From an uncultured Gemmatimonadaceae bacterium (lineage in GTDB: Bacteria; Gemmatimonadota; Gemmatimonadetes; Gemmatimonadales; Gemmatimonadaceae), in NCBI GenBank assembly GCA_963817955.1, contig CAWFQK010000001.1, forward strand, positions 384,001-448,000: 64,000 nucleotides of DNA, written 5' to 3'. Both the position numbers and the translations under genes were made by a program. The notes under the pieces were generated by a model, which saw only the letters and a list, made by a program, of their open reading frames with translations, was not told the origin of the DNA and searched no databases. Below are positions 1 through 11,567 of the stretch, piece after piece. Position 1 is the stretch's first letter, and every line of letters begins with the position of its first letter.

Positions 1-1
1 C

Positions 2-1324
2 GATCGAGAACGTCGTCGCAGCGACGGCGAGGCCGATTTCGTCGGTGCCCTCATGCGCCGCATGCATATGGTCCGCCCCCAGCTCGACGTGGCGGACAAT
101 GTTCTCGCGCACGACGATCGCATCGTCGATCAGAATGCCGATCGCCAGCGACAGCCCGAGCAGCGACATCGTATTGAGCGTGAAGCCGAATATCGCCAAC
201 GGCACGAATGACGCGAGCACAGACACCGGCAATGCCAAGCCGGTGATGACCGTGGATCGCCATGAGTTCAGGAACAGAAACACCACGAGCACCGTGAGAA
301 TGGCGCCTTCCACGAGCGCCTCCTCCACGTTCCGCACCGAGTTGCGCACGCGAACACCCGCGTCGCGAACCACCACGATTCGCGTGCCCGTTGGCAGCGT
401 CTGCTGCAGTTGTGCGATGCGCTCCCGCACGGCATCGGCCACCGCCGTCGTGCTGTACTCACGCGACTTCACGATGTCGAGGCCAATGGCTACTTGCCCG
501 TTGTAGAGCGCGGCCGATTTCGGTTCCGCGGCGCCCGCTTCGACGTTGGCGACCTGGCCGAGTGTGATGAGCTGTCCATTACGCTGCGACACGACGAGCG
601 CGCTGAAGTCCTCCGGCCGTTCGAAACGACCCTCGAGACGAATGGAGCGCTGCTCGAGGGAATTGTTGACGTTGCCGACGGGCGCCGCGAGATTCTGGGC
701 GCGCAACGCCGACACTACTTGATCGATGCCGACGCCGTTCGCCGCGAGATCCGTGGGCCGTACGTCCACATTGAGCTGGGCACTGTCTCCACCGACCACG
801 TTCACCTGCGCCACGCCACCGATGGCGCGGAGCTCGCCGGCGATCGTTTGATCGGCGATTTGCGTGAGTTGAGGCGGCGTCAGCACTGAAGACGTCATCG
901 CCAGCGATACAATGGGTAGCTGGTTCGGGTCGAACCGCTGCAACACCGGCTCGAGGATTTCCGCCGGTAGCTGAGAGCGAATCGCCGAGATCGCATCGCG
1001 AATGTCCTGCGTCGCTTGATCGACCGGCTTGGAGAAGACGAACTGCACGATGATCTGCGCGAAGCCGTCGGTCGACGTCGAGTTGATCTTGTCTACGCCG
1101 CTGATGCCCGAAATCTTGTCTTCGACGCGGTTCACGACTTCGCGCTCGACGACGTCCGGCGCCGCTCCGGGATACGGAATGGCGATAAAGACGATCGGCG
1201 CGTCGATCGCGGGGAATTCGTCCGTGTCCAACCGGGCCAGCGACGCCAGACCGAACACCACCAACGCGATCATGGTGACGACGGTGATGATCGGCCGACG
1301 AATCGCGAAATCCGAGATGAACAT
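2..1324 (-). CDS. RND efflux transporter permease subunit (AcrB/MdtB family), N-terminal part; runs off the window start
   Basis: Manual translation from ATG 1324 gives MFISDFAIRRPIITVVTMIALVVFGLASLARLDTDEFPAIDAP, a typical AcrB-family N-terminus. Absent from the ORF track, which fits a frame with no stop inside the window; the + strand ORFs here are its antisense shadows. Confidence 0.93.
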   Translation of the reverse strand, partial: MFISDFAIRRPIITVVTMIALVVFGLASLARLDTDEFPAIDAPIVFIAIPYPGAAPDVVEREVVNRVEDKISGISGVDKINSTSTDGFAQIIVQFVFSKPVDQATQDIRDAISAIRSQLPAEILEPVLQRFDPNQLPIVSLAMTSSVLTPPQLTQIADQTIAGELRAIGGVAQVNVVGGDSAQLNVDVRPTDLAANGVGIDQVVSALRAQNLAAPVGNVNNSLEQRSIRLEGRFERPEDFSALVVSQRNGQLITLGQVANVEAGAAEPKSAALYNGQVAIGLDIVKSREYSTTAVADAVRERIAQLQQTLPTGTRIVVVRDAGVRVRNSVRNVEEALVEGAILTVLVVFLFLNSWRSTVITGLALPVSVLASFVPLAIFGFTLNTMSLLGLSLAIGILIDDAIVVRENIVRHVELGADHMHAAHEGTDEIGLAVAATTFSI

Positions 1325-1345
1325 GATGACGTCCTCTGCCCCAAC

Positions 1346-1540
1346 ATGAATGTCCGACTGCTACGATCCTGCAACTCCAGAAACTATCGACTGTTCTTCG
1401 GCGGACAGAGCGTATCGCTCATTGGCGGGATGGCAGGCGCGTGCGCGGCAGCGTGGTCCACATGGGGCTACCACATGGGGGCTACCGCGCCTTCGAATGC
1501 TTGTGCGACCGATCTACGTGCTAATAATAATCCTTGCTGA
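1346..1540 (+). pseudogene. Remnant of an MFS transporter N-terminus
   Basis: MNVRLLRSCNSRNYRLFFGGQSVSLIG matches the 'RNYRLFFxGQxxSLxG' start of DHA3/MFS_3-type transporters, then degenerates and stops after 64 codons. Confidence 0.6.
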
Positions 1541-1553
1541 TTGACGAGAGCCG

Positions 1554-2903
1554 TCACCGCGAAGGGCTCACCGTCCGCACGAATACGATGGCGTCGTAAT
1601 TCGCCGGTAGTTCGATCGGCGTCTGTACGAGTTCCGGCGCCTCCGGCGTATAGATTTCTGTGATGAGCCGGATGGGCCGCGATCCTTTGAGCCAGGCGCC
1701 GGCAGCGTCCGCCGGCAGCGTCCGCGCGTCGAGCCAGTAGCCGGCCTGCGCCACGCGCCCGAGCACGTCTTCGTATGTGTTTGGCAGCGGCGGGCGAACG
1801 GCGATGTCACTCAAGCCACCGGGCTGTCCGCCGCGCCCCGTTGATACGCGACGGGCGCGAATGGAGCCGTTGCCGAAGGCAAAGGCAATGGCGCGATAGC
1901 GTGTGCCGAGTCGCTGGCCCAGAGAAAGGCCCGTCTGGGGCACGGTGCGGTCGAGCGTGAGCCGGCCCATTTCGACATCGCCACCCCACAACATCAGCTT
2001 TGCGTCGGCGCCGAGCGCATTGGCCAGGAACAGGACGTGCTCGGCGTTTGCGTCATGCCGCGTCATGTGCCGCAAGCTGACGCTCACGTGATGCTGAATC
2101 AGCCGCGCCATCTGCTCGGCGAACGCCACATCACTCGCGTGGGTCGATGTTGCACTCGTGCGGCGACGGAGCGCCACGAGGCTGTCTACTCCGGCCGCGG
2201 CAACCGTGTTACACCGGTTCCAGAATGTGCTATCCGCCGCTCGGCCTTCAAGACCCCAATGAGCACCTTCGTTCATCGCCACGCAAGCATATTCGCGCGT
2301 GAGCCAACTCTTGAGGGGCGCCCCCGTTACCGAATCCGGCAGCGACGTCACCACGTGCACTGCAAGGGCGGCGGAAGGAATCTCGAATCCGTAAAAGCCA
2401 AGCGGTGCCGCGGGATGTGCGCGGTTCCAGTCACGCATCGCGTTGACGAGCGCGAGCATCTCACGCGTCTCCCAGCGCCAGGATCCGAGCTCGCGGAGCA
2501 ACCGCCGCGGATCGCCGACGCCGGACCGTACGTACCGGTCGATTTCCATCGCCTCGGCCATCGGGGCCTGAATGGCGAGACCGCGCACGCCTTTCGCTTC
2601 CGCCAGGGCGAACAGCGCCCGGCGAATGACGAGCGGGAATTCGCGCGTCCCCTCAGTCAGTTCGCTGAAGCCCACGATGCGCGCATCGCCCGCAAGCGCC
2701 GCGAGCTGCATCCGCTCACCGACCGATGGCAGCGAATCCGCCGGGTTGAACGGAACGGCGTGGGACGACACCCAATTGAGGGCCGCGGTGGCAGAGTCGT
2801 TCAGCGCCTGGGGAGCTGGCGGGGGCGGGGGCGGCGCCGAACGGCAGGCGGCAACGGCGAACGCGAAGGCGACGACTATCGAGACACGAGCGGCGGAGTG
2901 CAT
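1554..2903 (-). CDS. Erythromycin esterase-family fold lipoprotein, catalytic motifs degenerate
   Basis: Signal peptide and lipobox (VAAC). Family motifs ARIVGFSELTEGTREF, W.TREMLALVNAMR.WN, FYGFE and YDAIVFV. Confidence 0.8.
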   Translation of the reverse strand: MHSAARVSIVVAFAFAVAACRSAPPPPPPAPQALNDSATAALNWVSSHAVPFNPADSLPSVGERMQLAALAGDARIVGFSELTEGTREFPLVIRRALFALAEAKGVRGLAIQAPMAEAMEIDRYVRSGVGDPRRLLRELGSWRWETREMLALVNAMRDWNRAHPAAPLGFYGFEIPSAALAVHVVTSLPDSVTGAPLKSWLTREYACVAMNEGAHWGLEGRAADSTFWNRCNTVAAAGVDSLVALRRRTSATSTHASDVAFAEQMARLIQHHVSVSLRHMTRHDANAEHVLFLANALGADAKLMLWGGDVEMGRLTLDRTVPQTGLSLGQRLGTRYRAIAFAFGNGSIRARRVSTGRGGQPGGLSDIAVRPPLPNTYEDVLGRVAQAGYWLDARTLPADAAGAWLKGSRPIRLITEIYTPEAPELVQTPIELPANYDAIVFVRTVSPSR

Positions 2904-2975
2904 AACGATCCGGTTCGGGAAATGGCGTGGTTGCGACGTAACATGCAGCTTGCGTGACAAATCATGTGCGGGACG

Positions 2976-3899
2976 TCAGGCATGGCCTGAGACATCACCT
3001 TCGTACGACATTTCAGCGCCATCCTGGAGCAGTGTCTCGAGTTCGCGTGCCGCGGCAGACGACGTACGGCCGATCAGTCGGATCTGCGTCAGCGGCCGGC
3101 CGATGACCAGACCGCTCACCGGCAAGATGGCGATTCGCCCGAGCGCGAGCTGGTCCGCCGCTGCCGCGCGCGACACGATCGCCAACCCCAATCCCGCTGC
3201 CACCCCCTGCTTGATCACTTCCGTCCCACCAACACGCATGGTGTTCGTAAGACGCACGCCCTGCGCGGCGAGAGCGCGTTCTGTGACAACCCGCGTCCCC
3301 GATCCAGGTTCCCGCACGAGAAATGGCTGTTGCGACAAGAGGTGAACGTCTGTTGGCGCTTGAGCGAGCAACGGATGGTCGGGCGGCGCGATGATCACGA
3401 GTTCGTCGTCCCGCCAAGGCCGCACCTCGACGCGCGGATGCGACACAGGTCCCTCGACGAGTGCGACGTCCACGCGGAACTCCAGTAGCATGCGCAACAC
3501 CCTCCGCGTATTGGCGCTGGTCGTTTGGATGCGGACGCCCGGATGCCTGAGGTGGAAGCGCCCCAGTATGGGCGGGAGCATGTAGGTGGCGATGGTGGTA
3601 CTGGCCGCGATCCGGAGCACACCCCGTTCGAGTCCGCGCATCTCGCGGAGCTCCTGTTCCGCAATGCGTTCCACGCCAAAGAGCTCACTCGCCCGCGCAT
3701 AGAGGGCCCGGCCAGCATCAGTCAGTTTGACCGTCTTGCCACTGCGGTCTAGTAGCGCGACGTCGAGCTGCCCCTCCAACTCCATCACCGACTTGGAGAT
3801 AGCTGGTTGGCTCAGACGTAGTGCCAGGGCGGCATTTGTGAAGCCCTTGCGATCTACCACGGCAACGAACAGCCGGAGATGGTGAAGGTTGATTGCCAT
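2976..3899 (-). CDS. LysR family transcriptional regulator (YeiE/CysL-like)
   Basis: HTH 'FTNAALALRLSQPAIS...LEGQL', LTDAG and REPGSGTR motifs; divergent from a YeiH-family gene. Confidence 0.95.
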   Translation of the reverse strand: MAINLHHLRLFVAVVDRKGFTNAALALRLSQPAISKSVMELEGQLDVALLDRSGKTVKLTDAGRALYARASELFGVERIAEQELREMRGLERGVLRIAASTTIATYMLPPILGRFHLRHPGVRIQTTSANTRRVLRMLLEFRVDVALVEGPVSHPRVEVRPWRDDELVIIAPPDHPLLAQAPTDVHLLSQQPFLVREPGSGTRVVTERALAAQGVRLTNTMRVGGTEVIKQGVAAGLGLAIVSRAAAADQLALGRIAILPVSGLVIGRPLTQIRLIGRTSSAAARELETLLQDGAEMSYEGDVSGHA

Positions 3900-3912
3900 A
3901 ATGGAAAGCTAT
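3898..3912. promoter_or_regulatory. Putative LysR binding site (ATA-N9-TAT, T-N11-A)
   Basis: ataatggaaagctat overlaps the LysR start codon in the divergent intergenic region; a TATAAT hexamer lies near 3940 upstream of the YeiH gene. Confidence 0.6.
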
Positions 3913-3968
3913 GGAATCATAAGAATAATGTAGTGGCCTTATAATAGTCCCCGCGGCTACCATGCGAC

Positions 3969-5003
3969 ATGACCAGTATCGCTGCAGACGCACCCGTGCT
4001 CATCCGTCGATCCCCGCCCGTTCTCGTGGGGATCCTGGCATCGATTCTTGTGTCGCTGGTCGCCCTCGCCGGCGGAGCGGCGGAGGAGCGGTTGTTTGGA
4101 CGAGCCATCATCGAGCCGCTGGTCCTGGCGATCCTCGTTGGGATGGTCGTCCGCACGGTTCGCGGCGCCGACGCCCGTTCCGAGCCGGGGATACGCTTCG
4201 TCGCCAAGGACGTGCTCGAGGTCGCGGTTTGCCTGCTTGGCGCCACCATGAACGTGCCGCAGCTCTTTGCTTCCGGGCCATTGCTGGCTGTGGGTATCGT
4301 GCTGCTCGTGTGCACGGCACTTGGCTCCGGGTTCCTGATCGGACGCGCCGCCGGCCTCACGCCGAGGCTGGCCACGCTGGTTGCCTGCGGAAATGCGATT
4401 TGCGGCAATTCAGCCATTGCTGCCGTCGCACCGGTGATCGGCGCAGAACGGGAGGACGTCGCCGCCTCGATTGCGCTCACTGCGGTACTCGGCGTCGTGG
4501 TAGTCCTATTGCTTCCGCTATTGATGATTCCGCTACACCTGTCGTATTACCAGTACGGGGTGCTCGCGGGACTCACCGTCTACGCCGTACCGCAGGTGCT
4601 CGCTGCGGCGTTCGCGGTCAGCACCTTGAGCGGACAGGTGGCCACGGCCGTAAAACTGGCGCGCGTACTGATGCTCGGACCCACGGTGATCTTCTTCGCG
4701 CTTCGCGCACGGCGCGCGAATTCCACTGCGACCTTGTCGTTCCGCAAGATCGTGCCCTGGTTCGTCATCGGCTTCGTGGTTCTGGCCACGCTACGATCGA
4801 CCGGTCTCGTGCCGGATCTTGCGGCGACCGACGCCAAGCTCGTCGCCGGTTGGCTGACGATCGCTGCGATGGCGGCACTTGGCCTGTCGGTAGACGTTCG
4901 TGCCGTGCGGCAGGTGGGTGCGCGTGTGACACTCGCGGTCGCAGGATCGCTCGTCACGATCATCATTCTCGCCGTGACGCTGATCCGCGTGTTGCATCTG
5001 TGA
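3969..5003 (+). CDS. yeiH: YeiH family putative sulfate export transporter
   Basis: Many TM segments; GNAICGNSAIAA, YAVPQV and KLARV motifs; conserved pairing with a divergent LysR gene. Confidence 0.9.
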   Translation: MTSIAADAPVLIRRSPPVLVGILASILVSLVALAGGAAEERLFGRAIIEPLVLAILVGMVVRTVRGADARSEPGIRFVAKDVLEVAVCLLGATMNVPQLFASGPLLAVGIVLLVCTALGSGFLIGRAAGLTPRLATLVACGNAICGNSAIAAVAPVIGAEREDVAASIALTAVLGVVVVLLLPLLMIPLHLSYYQYGVLAGLTVYAVPQVLAAAFAVSTLSGQVATAVKLARVLMLGPTVIFFALRARRANSTATLSFRKIVPWFVIGFVVLATLRSTGLVPDLAATDAKLVAGWLTIAAMAALGLSVDVRAVRQVGARVTLAVAGSLVTIIILAVTLIRVLHL

Positions 5004-5015
5004 CCTGCGGTATTC

Positions 5016-5552
5016 CTATGGGAGCTTGATCATCGCGGCGGCCCACAGAGGGCCATCGGTATCCTCTTGATACAGCTTGTCGAGATCGACGCTCACACCA
5101 CTCCCGTCGCGCGCGATCGCGAACCGATCCATGTCGCGCGTCGCGCGTCCGCTGCCAGGCACGTACTGACCGGACGCCAGGAACTTCGAGTGATGTTTGG
5201 TGCACTGGAATGCGTGATCGCGATCATCCCATTTGAGCGCGGTGTTCTGGTGCGGACAGGAGAGCGCAAACGCGTACACGGCGTTCTGCCAGCGCACGAG
5301 AATCACTTCGTTATCCCTGTCGATTTGCGCGCCGTCGGCAGCCGGAATGGTGTAGCTGCGCATGCTACCCGACACATGCTTTGCTTCGGTGAAATCGAGC
5401 GGCATGGCGAACGCAGCTGTCTTGCTCATGCCAACTGCGACCATGGCGCCCGCGACACTGAGAAAACTGTCGCGCAAGAAACGGCGGCGGCTGCTCGGCA
5501 GAAGACAGTCACCATGGTCGCAGTCGCCGTGAATATTCGATTCTTCAGACAT
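5016..5552 (-). CDS. Tat-exported Rieske [2Fe-2S] protein
   Basis: SRRRFL twin-arginine signal; CPHQ...CTKH Rieske ligands. Confidence 0.88.
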   Translation of the reverse strand: MSEESNIHGDCDHGDCLLPSSRRRFLRDSFLSVAGAMVAVGMSKTAAFAMPLDFTEAKHVSGSMRSYTIPAADGAQIDRDNEVILVRWQNAVYAFALSCPHQNTALKWDDRDHAFQCTKHHSKFLASGQYVPGSGRATRDMDRFAIARDGSGVSVDLDKLYQEDTDGPLWAAAMIKLP

Positions 5553-5731
5553 CGCGTGCCCTCATCAACGGTATATACCCTCCTTTACCGCTCGGAGTGT
5601 GCCGTCCAGGCCCATATCGCCAAGTCTTTCACTTGTTGAGACTTACGTAAGAGACACCGAAGTCGTTGAGTCCCCCCGTGTCTGTAATAGAGGACGGCCT
5701 CAGTCTATGGAAACAGACGGACACCGCTTCG

Positions 5732-5985
5732 TCAAACTGGGTCCCGCCGTTTTTGGGGGTGGGTGGCCGAGTGCACGTACAGCGACTCGACCTTGGCCCG
5801 CGCCCACGGCGTCTTGCGGAGGAACTTCAGCGATGAGTTGACGCTCGGGTCGTGTGTGAAGCAACGCACCGTGATGCGTTCGCCCAGTCCGTCCCAGCCG
5901 TATCGCTCGACGAGATGCTCGATCATCATCTTGAGCGTGACGCCGTGCAGGGGATCGACCGCCCTGTGCTCGGTCACCGTGGTCA

Positions 5986-5986
<1 letters not shown>
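5732..5986 (-). CDS. VF530/DUF2132 family small DNA-binding protein
   Basis: DPLHGVTL...YGW..LG....[24 protein letters not shown] signature. Confidence 0.9.
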
Positions 5987-7666
<1,680 letters not shown>

Positions 7667-7834
7667 TATGCGTTGGGCAATCAGCGAGGGACGACTGGCG
7701 AGGGAGTTCGACTACAGCCCAGAAATGTAGCGGAGGGTTTGCCTTCACGTGCGCCCGACATCACACACCGCGATCAGCCCGCCTGGCCTTTGCCAGGTAG
7801 GGTTCGCTGCTCGTTGATCGTTGCCGTGTCTCCG

Positions 7835-9292
7835 TTACAACGTCTTGGCAATCGAAGTGAGGCCGTTCAGGATCTCGGTGATGTCCCCCGACGTGGTGCG
7901 GGGGTTCATCATGGTGACGCGAAGGACGCGGCGGCCATCGAGATTCGTGGCCGTGATCCAACCTTCGCCAGACAGATTGTAGCGCTCGCGTAACTCGCGG
8001 TTAAGGTGATCGAGCGCTTCGTCATTTCGCGAGCCGTCGCCGACGTATCGGAAGCAGAGAATGTTCGATTCGGGTTCGTGCAGCGCCGTGAAATCGCCGC
8101 GCTCCTGAATTTCTTCCCACATGCGACGCGCGTTGCCGCAGAGATGGTCGTACAGTTCCCCAACCCCCGTAGCTCCGTACCGCTGGAGCGCCACCCAGAC
8201 CTTGAACACGTCGGCGCGGTGCGAGCAGAGAAAGCTGCGCGTGCCCTGGTCCCATACCCGCTCACCTTCGCCGGCATGGAACAGGTACGGCGCTCGTTGC
8301 GAGAACGCCGTATCCAGATCGCGCTCGTCACGTACGAGCACCATCCCTGCCTGCAACGGCAGAAGCATCATCTTGTGCGGATCCCAGGCGATCGACCGTG
8401 CGCGCTTTATCCCGCGAACGTGGTGCTTGTGCGATTGTGACAGCAGTGCCGACGCGCCGTGCGCACCATCGATGTGCAGCCAAACGCCATGTTCATCGCA
8501 GATTGCGCCGATCGTCTCCAGATCGTCGAATGATCCTGTCGCAGTGGATCCCGCAGTGGCAACGACAGCGAGCACGCGGCGCCCTGCACGATGCAACGAG
8601 TCGAGTGTGACACGCAGCGCCTCGGCGTCCATCTTGTAATTGCGGGACGGTACCGAGAGCACACTGCGCATCCCCAGTCCAAGTTCACCGGCGGCGCGCG
8701 TTGCGGCATAATGGGCGTGCTCTCCGCAGAGCAGTACTGGCGGATCCACGCCGACGCCGTTCGTCCAGGCATCGGGCAAGGCCACGCTGCGCGCCGCAAG
8801 GAGCGCGGTGAACGTCGCCTCCGTCCCACCCGTCGTCATCGTTCCGCCGGCGGACACCGGATAGCCGGCAAGCTGGCACATCCACTTGATCACCTGATGC
8901 TCGAGCACCGTTCCCACGGGCGACATCTCGAACACGGCAACCGATTGGTTGAGCGCCGCGGTTACGCTCTCCATCCACACCGCGGCGGGCAGCGGAGCCG
9001 ACACCTGATGGCCCACATAGCGCGGATGAAAAAGGCGATTGCAGTCGGGGATGACGTCGGAGCGCAGTCGCTCGATGATCGCGTCGATTGGCTGCCCGTC
9101 GAGGGGCATCGGTTCATCGAACCGAGCGGCAAGAGCGGCAGGCGTATGCGCCGTGGAAACACGGCCGTCGCGGCTTCGCGTCTGCGCAAAGTACTCGGCG
9201 GCCAGGGCGACGAACGCCTGTCCAACCGAGGCGTCGCAGTCGGCTTCAATTGTCGAGAGAATGTCGGGTGCGGTGCGCGTCATATCGGTCAT
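7835..9292 (-). CDS. PLP-dependent group II decarboxylase
   Basis: HPRYVGHQ, GGTEAT, AHY, ATAGST.TGSFD, HIDGAHG and WDPHK (PLP lysine). Confidence 0.92.
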   Translation of the reverse strand: MTDMTRTAPDILSTIEADCDASVGQAFVALAAEYFAQTRSRDGRVSTAHTPAALAARFDEPMPLDGQPIDAIIERLRSDVIPDCNRLFHPRYVGHQVSAPLPAAVWMESVTAALNQSVAVFEMSPVGTVLEHQVIKWMCQLAGYPVSAGGTMTTGGTEATFTALLAARSVALPDAWTNGVGVDPPVLLCGEHAHYAATRAAGELGLGMRSVLSVPSRNYKMDAEALRVTLDSLHRAGRRVLAVVATAGSTATGSFDDLETIGAICDEHGVWLHIDGAHGASALLSQSHKHHVRGIKRARSIAWDPHKMMLLPLQAGMVLVRDERDLDTAFSQRAPYLFHAGEGERVWDQGTRSFLCSHRADVFKVWVALQRYGATGVGELYDHLCGNARRMWEEIQERGDFTALHEPESNILCFRYVGDGSRNDEALDHLNRELRERYNLSGEGWITATNLDGRRVLRVTMMNPRTTSGDITEILNGLTSIAKTL

Positions 9293-9825
9293 TGTGGCGT
9301 CGGGCCGCCGAGCGGCAGATCGAGCACTTTCTGCGTTCTCGTCAGATCAATCGCACGGTAGGCCTGGATCGAATCGATCGTAACCGGCTCGCTGATGCGA
9401 ATGCGCAGCAGCTCGCGTAGGCGGTCGCGCGACAGCTCGGGGTAGAAGCTGAGCGTGCAGTGGGGAGTGAACGTGAAACGGGGCTGCTCGTAGGATAACC
9501 CGGCCATCTTGATACGCTCGTGGAGCGCGCGGATGGGACCGTTCGGATCGATCTCCATCACGACTACGGTGCTCTGCATGAAGCGCTTGGGCGGCTGGAG
9601 GCGTACACTGAAACGTGCGATCTGCGCGGCCACTGGGCCGAGCGCGGACCGCAGCACCTCGTCGCTCGTCTCCGGCGAGATCGGTCCCATGCCCGACGAA
9701 CCGCTGATCGTGATGTGTGGCGGCAGTTCGGCGACCATACGCGGGTCGAATCGCTGCTGAATTTCGCGCAACTCCTCGGCGATCGGCCCATGCAACTCGG
9801 ACATCACGATGATGCCTGGCTTCAC
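9289..9825 (-). CDS. 2H phosphoesterase / 2'-5' RNA ligase family protein
   Basis: Two HxT motifs (PHITI, PHCTL). Confidence 0.85.
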   Translation of the reverse strand: MKPGIIVMSELHGPIAEELREIQQRFDPRMVAELPPHITISGSSGMGPISPETSDEVLRSALGPVAAQIARFSVRLQPPKRFMQSTVVVMEIDPNGPIRALHERIKMAGLSYEQPRFTFTPHCTLSFYPELSRDRLRELLRIRISEPVTIDSIQAYRAIDLTRTQKVLDLPLGGPTPQ

Positions 9826-11015
9826 CGCTCGAGCCCCTTCAAGATCACCTCTTGCGAGCCGTCGAGATCCGCCAGGAACATCTGCTCGGCTTCAGCGCCC
9901 AACACAGCGTCTTCGATGACGGCATCCAGTTCGTAGTTGATCGCCACACCCAATGGGTTGAAGTCGGTCGAGCCTACACGGACCCATTGTCCGTCCACCA
10001 CGCTCGTCTTGGCGTGCATCATTTCGCCCTGCCACTCCCAGATGCGCACACCGTTGGTAAGCAGCCGGCGATAGTAGCGGCGCGCGAGCAATGACACCCA
10101 CGGGTGATCATTCTGGCTCGGCACGAGAATGCGCACGTCCACGCCATCGCGGGCCGCGCCGTTCAGCGCCTCGACTTCCGACGGCGAGGGTGTGAAGTAG
10201 GCTGTCGCGATCCAGATGGACCGTCTGGCCGAAATGGCTTGGATCTGCAATGCACGCGAAACGCGCAGGCGCAGCGGCTCGCCCTCGATGATGCCGACGA
10301 GCGCCGGGGTGTCGGTTGCCGGATCGAGATGCGCGCCGCGCGCCGGACGGCGGAGAAGTCGGTGTGAGCCGCGCCGCTCGTGCCCGTTGGTGCGCCGCCA
10401 CATATGGTCAAAGGCCTGGACCATATCGCGCGCCGCTGGTCCCTGGATCTTCACCGCCGTATCACGCCAGCGGGAGCGGTGTTGCTTCAGCACGCCGGTG
10501 GTCCATTCGCGCCCGACGCCCACCCCACCAGTGACACCAACCGTTCCATCGACAACGAGGAGCTTCCGGTGGTCGCGCGGCACAAGGCCCAACCAGCGGT
10601 GGAATCCCACGGGGTTGAACACCGCGACATCGACTCCTCCACGCCGGAGGCGCTTGAGAAGGCTACGCGACGTTCCTCGAATCCCGATCCAGTCGAGCAG
10701 GAGCCGGACGTTGACGCCCCGCCCGGCTGCCCCTACGAGCCCTTCGGCCATCCTGGACCCGACGTCATCGGAGCGAAAGATATAGCTCTCGAGGGCAACG
10801 CTCGTCGTTGCGCTCTCGATCAGCGCAATCATCGTGTCGAACGTCGCCGGGCCGTCGCGCAGAAGGGTGACTTGGTTGCCGCTCGACACATCGGCCGCGG
10901 CAATTCTCCAGAGCCCGCGCGCGAAAGACGGGCCGGCGACGGCCGGGGCGACGGACGTGTTGCCGTCGCCCCGGCCAACGAGCGTTTCTCGGGCAGGCAT
11001 CGTCACAATGGCCAA
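9822..11015 (-). CDS. Phospholipase D family protein, cardiolipin synthase ClsB-like (start uncertain, 11015/11006/11000)
   Basis: Two HKD motifs ([16 protein letters not shown]), WRDT and YFTP motifs; no N-terminal TM anchor. Confidence 0.9.
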   Translation of the reverse strand: MAIVTMPARETLVGRGDGNTSVAPAVAGPSFARGLWRIAAADVSSGNQVTLLRDGPATFDTMIALIESATTSVALESYIFRSDDVGSRMAEGLVGAAGRGVNVRLLLDWIGIRGTSRSLLKRLRRGGVDVAVFNPVGFHRWLGLVPRDHRKLLVVDGTVGVTGGVGVGREWTTGVLKQHRSRWRDTAVKIQGPAARDMVQAFDHMWRRTNGHERRGSHRLLRRPARGAHLDPATDTPALVGIIEGEPLRLRVSRALQIQAISARRSIWIATAYFTPSPSEVEALNGAARDGVDVRILVPSQNDHPWVSLLARRYYRRLLTNGVRIWEWQGEMMHAKTSVVDGQWVRVGSTDFNPLGVAINYELDAVIEDAVLGAEAEQMFLADLDGSQEVILKGLER

Positions 11016-11036
11016 TCTTACAGATTACGCGCCGAT

Positions 11037-11405
11037 TTAGTCAGCGGACCACGTCGCAATGTGGCGCTCGAGCTCGGCGAGCTCGAATGGCTTGATGAGA
11101 ATGGGGCGTTCCATGGTCGCGAGGCTCTGCTCAACGGCCGGCTCGCGGAGGATGTCGCCGGTCACGAACACGGCGTGGGACGCGACGTGTGGCTGGTGCA
11201 TGTCCACCCATTCGAACAGGTCGAAGCCGCTTTCGGCGCCGAGCCAGATATCGATGAACATACCGTCGATGGCGTTGGTCTCGAGGATGGTCCGTGCCTC
11301 GTCGATCGTTCCGGCCGAAAACACGGTATGCCCTCGCCGTGCCAGCCAGGAACGAAGAGCTCGGCGAATGGCATCTTCGTCATCGACGTACAGTACAGTG
11401 GCCAA
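11037..11405 (-). CDS. Single-domain response regulator
   Basis: VLYVDDE, phospho-acceptor FIDIWL, VTG and KPF motifs; AGGAGA RBS. Confidence 0.9.
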   Translation of the reverse strand: MATVLYVDDEDAIRRALRSWLARRGHTVFSAGTIDEARTILETNAIDGMFIDIWLGAESGFDLFEWVDMHQPHVASHAVFVTGDILREPAVEQSLATMERPILIKPFELAELERHIATWSAD

Positions 11406-11567
11406 CTGGTCTCCTATGGGGCACTGTTCAACGGGCAGGAAGCTCGTACTTCTCGGATCGATTGCATAGCGAACAAGCCCCGACAGCCCGATGAGAAGCT
11501 TCTAACCCGGATCGGAATTACACGCGCCATTGGGCGGGCCGCACTGCTGGCGACTATTATTGAGGCC

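Noticed and set aside
45..1349. Plus-strand ORFs over the first 1.3 kb
   Set aside because: Antisense shadows of the RND permease; the same applies to long shadow ORFs such as 18905-20392, 25302-27572 and 33787-35160.
10380..11567. N-terminal extension making a 696-aa FabI fusion
   Set aside because: Overlaps the PLD and response-regulator genes on the opposite strand; FabI similarity starts at ATG 11568.
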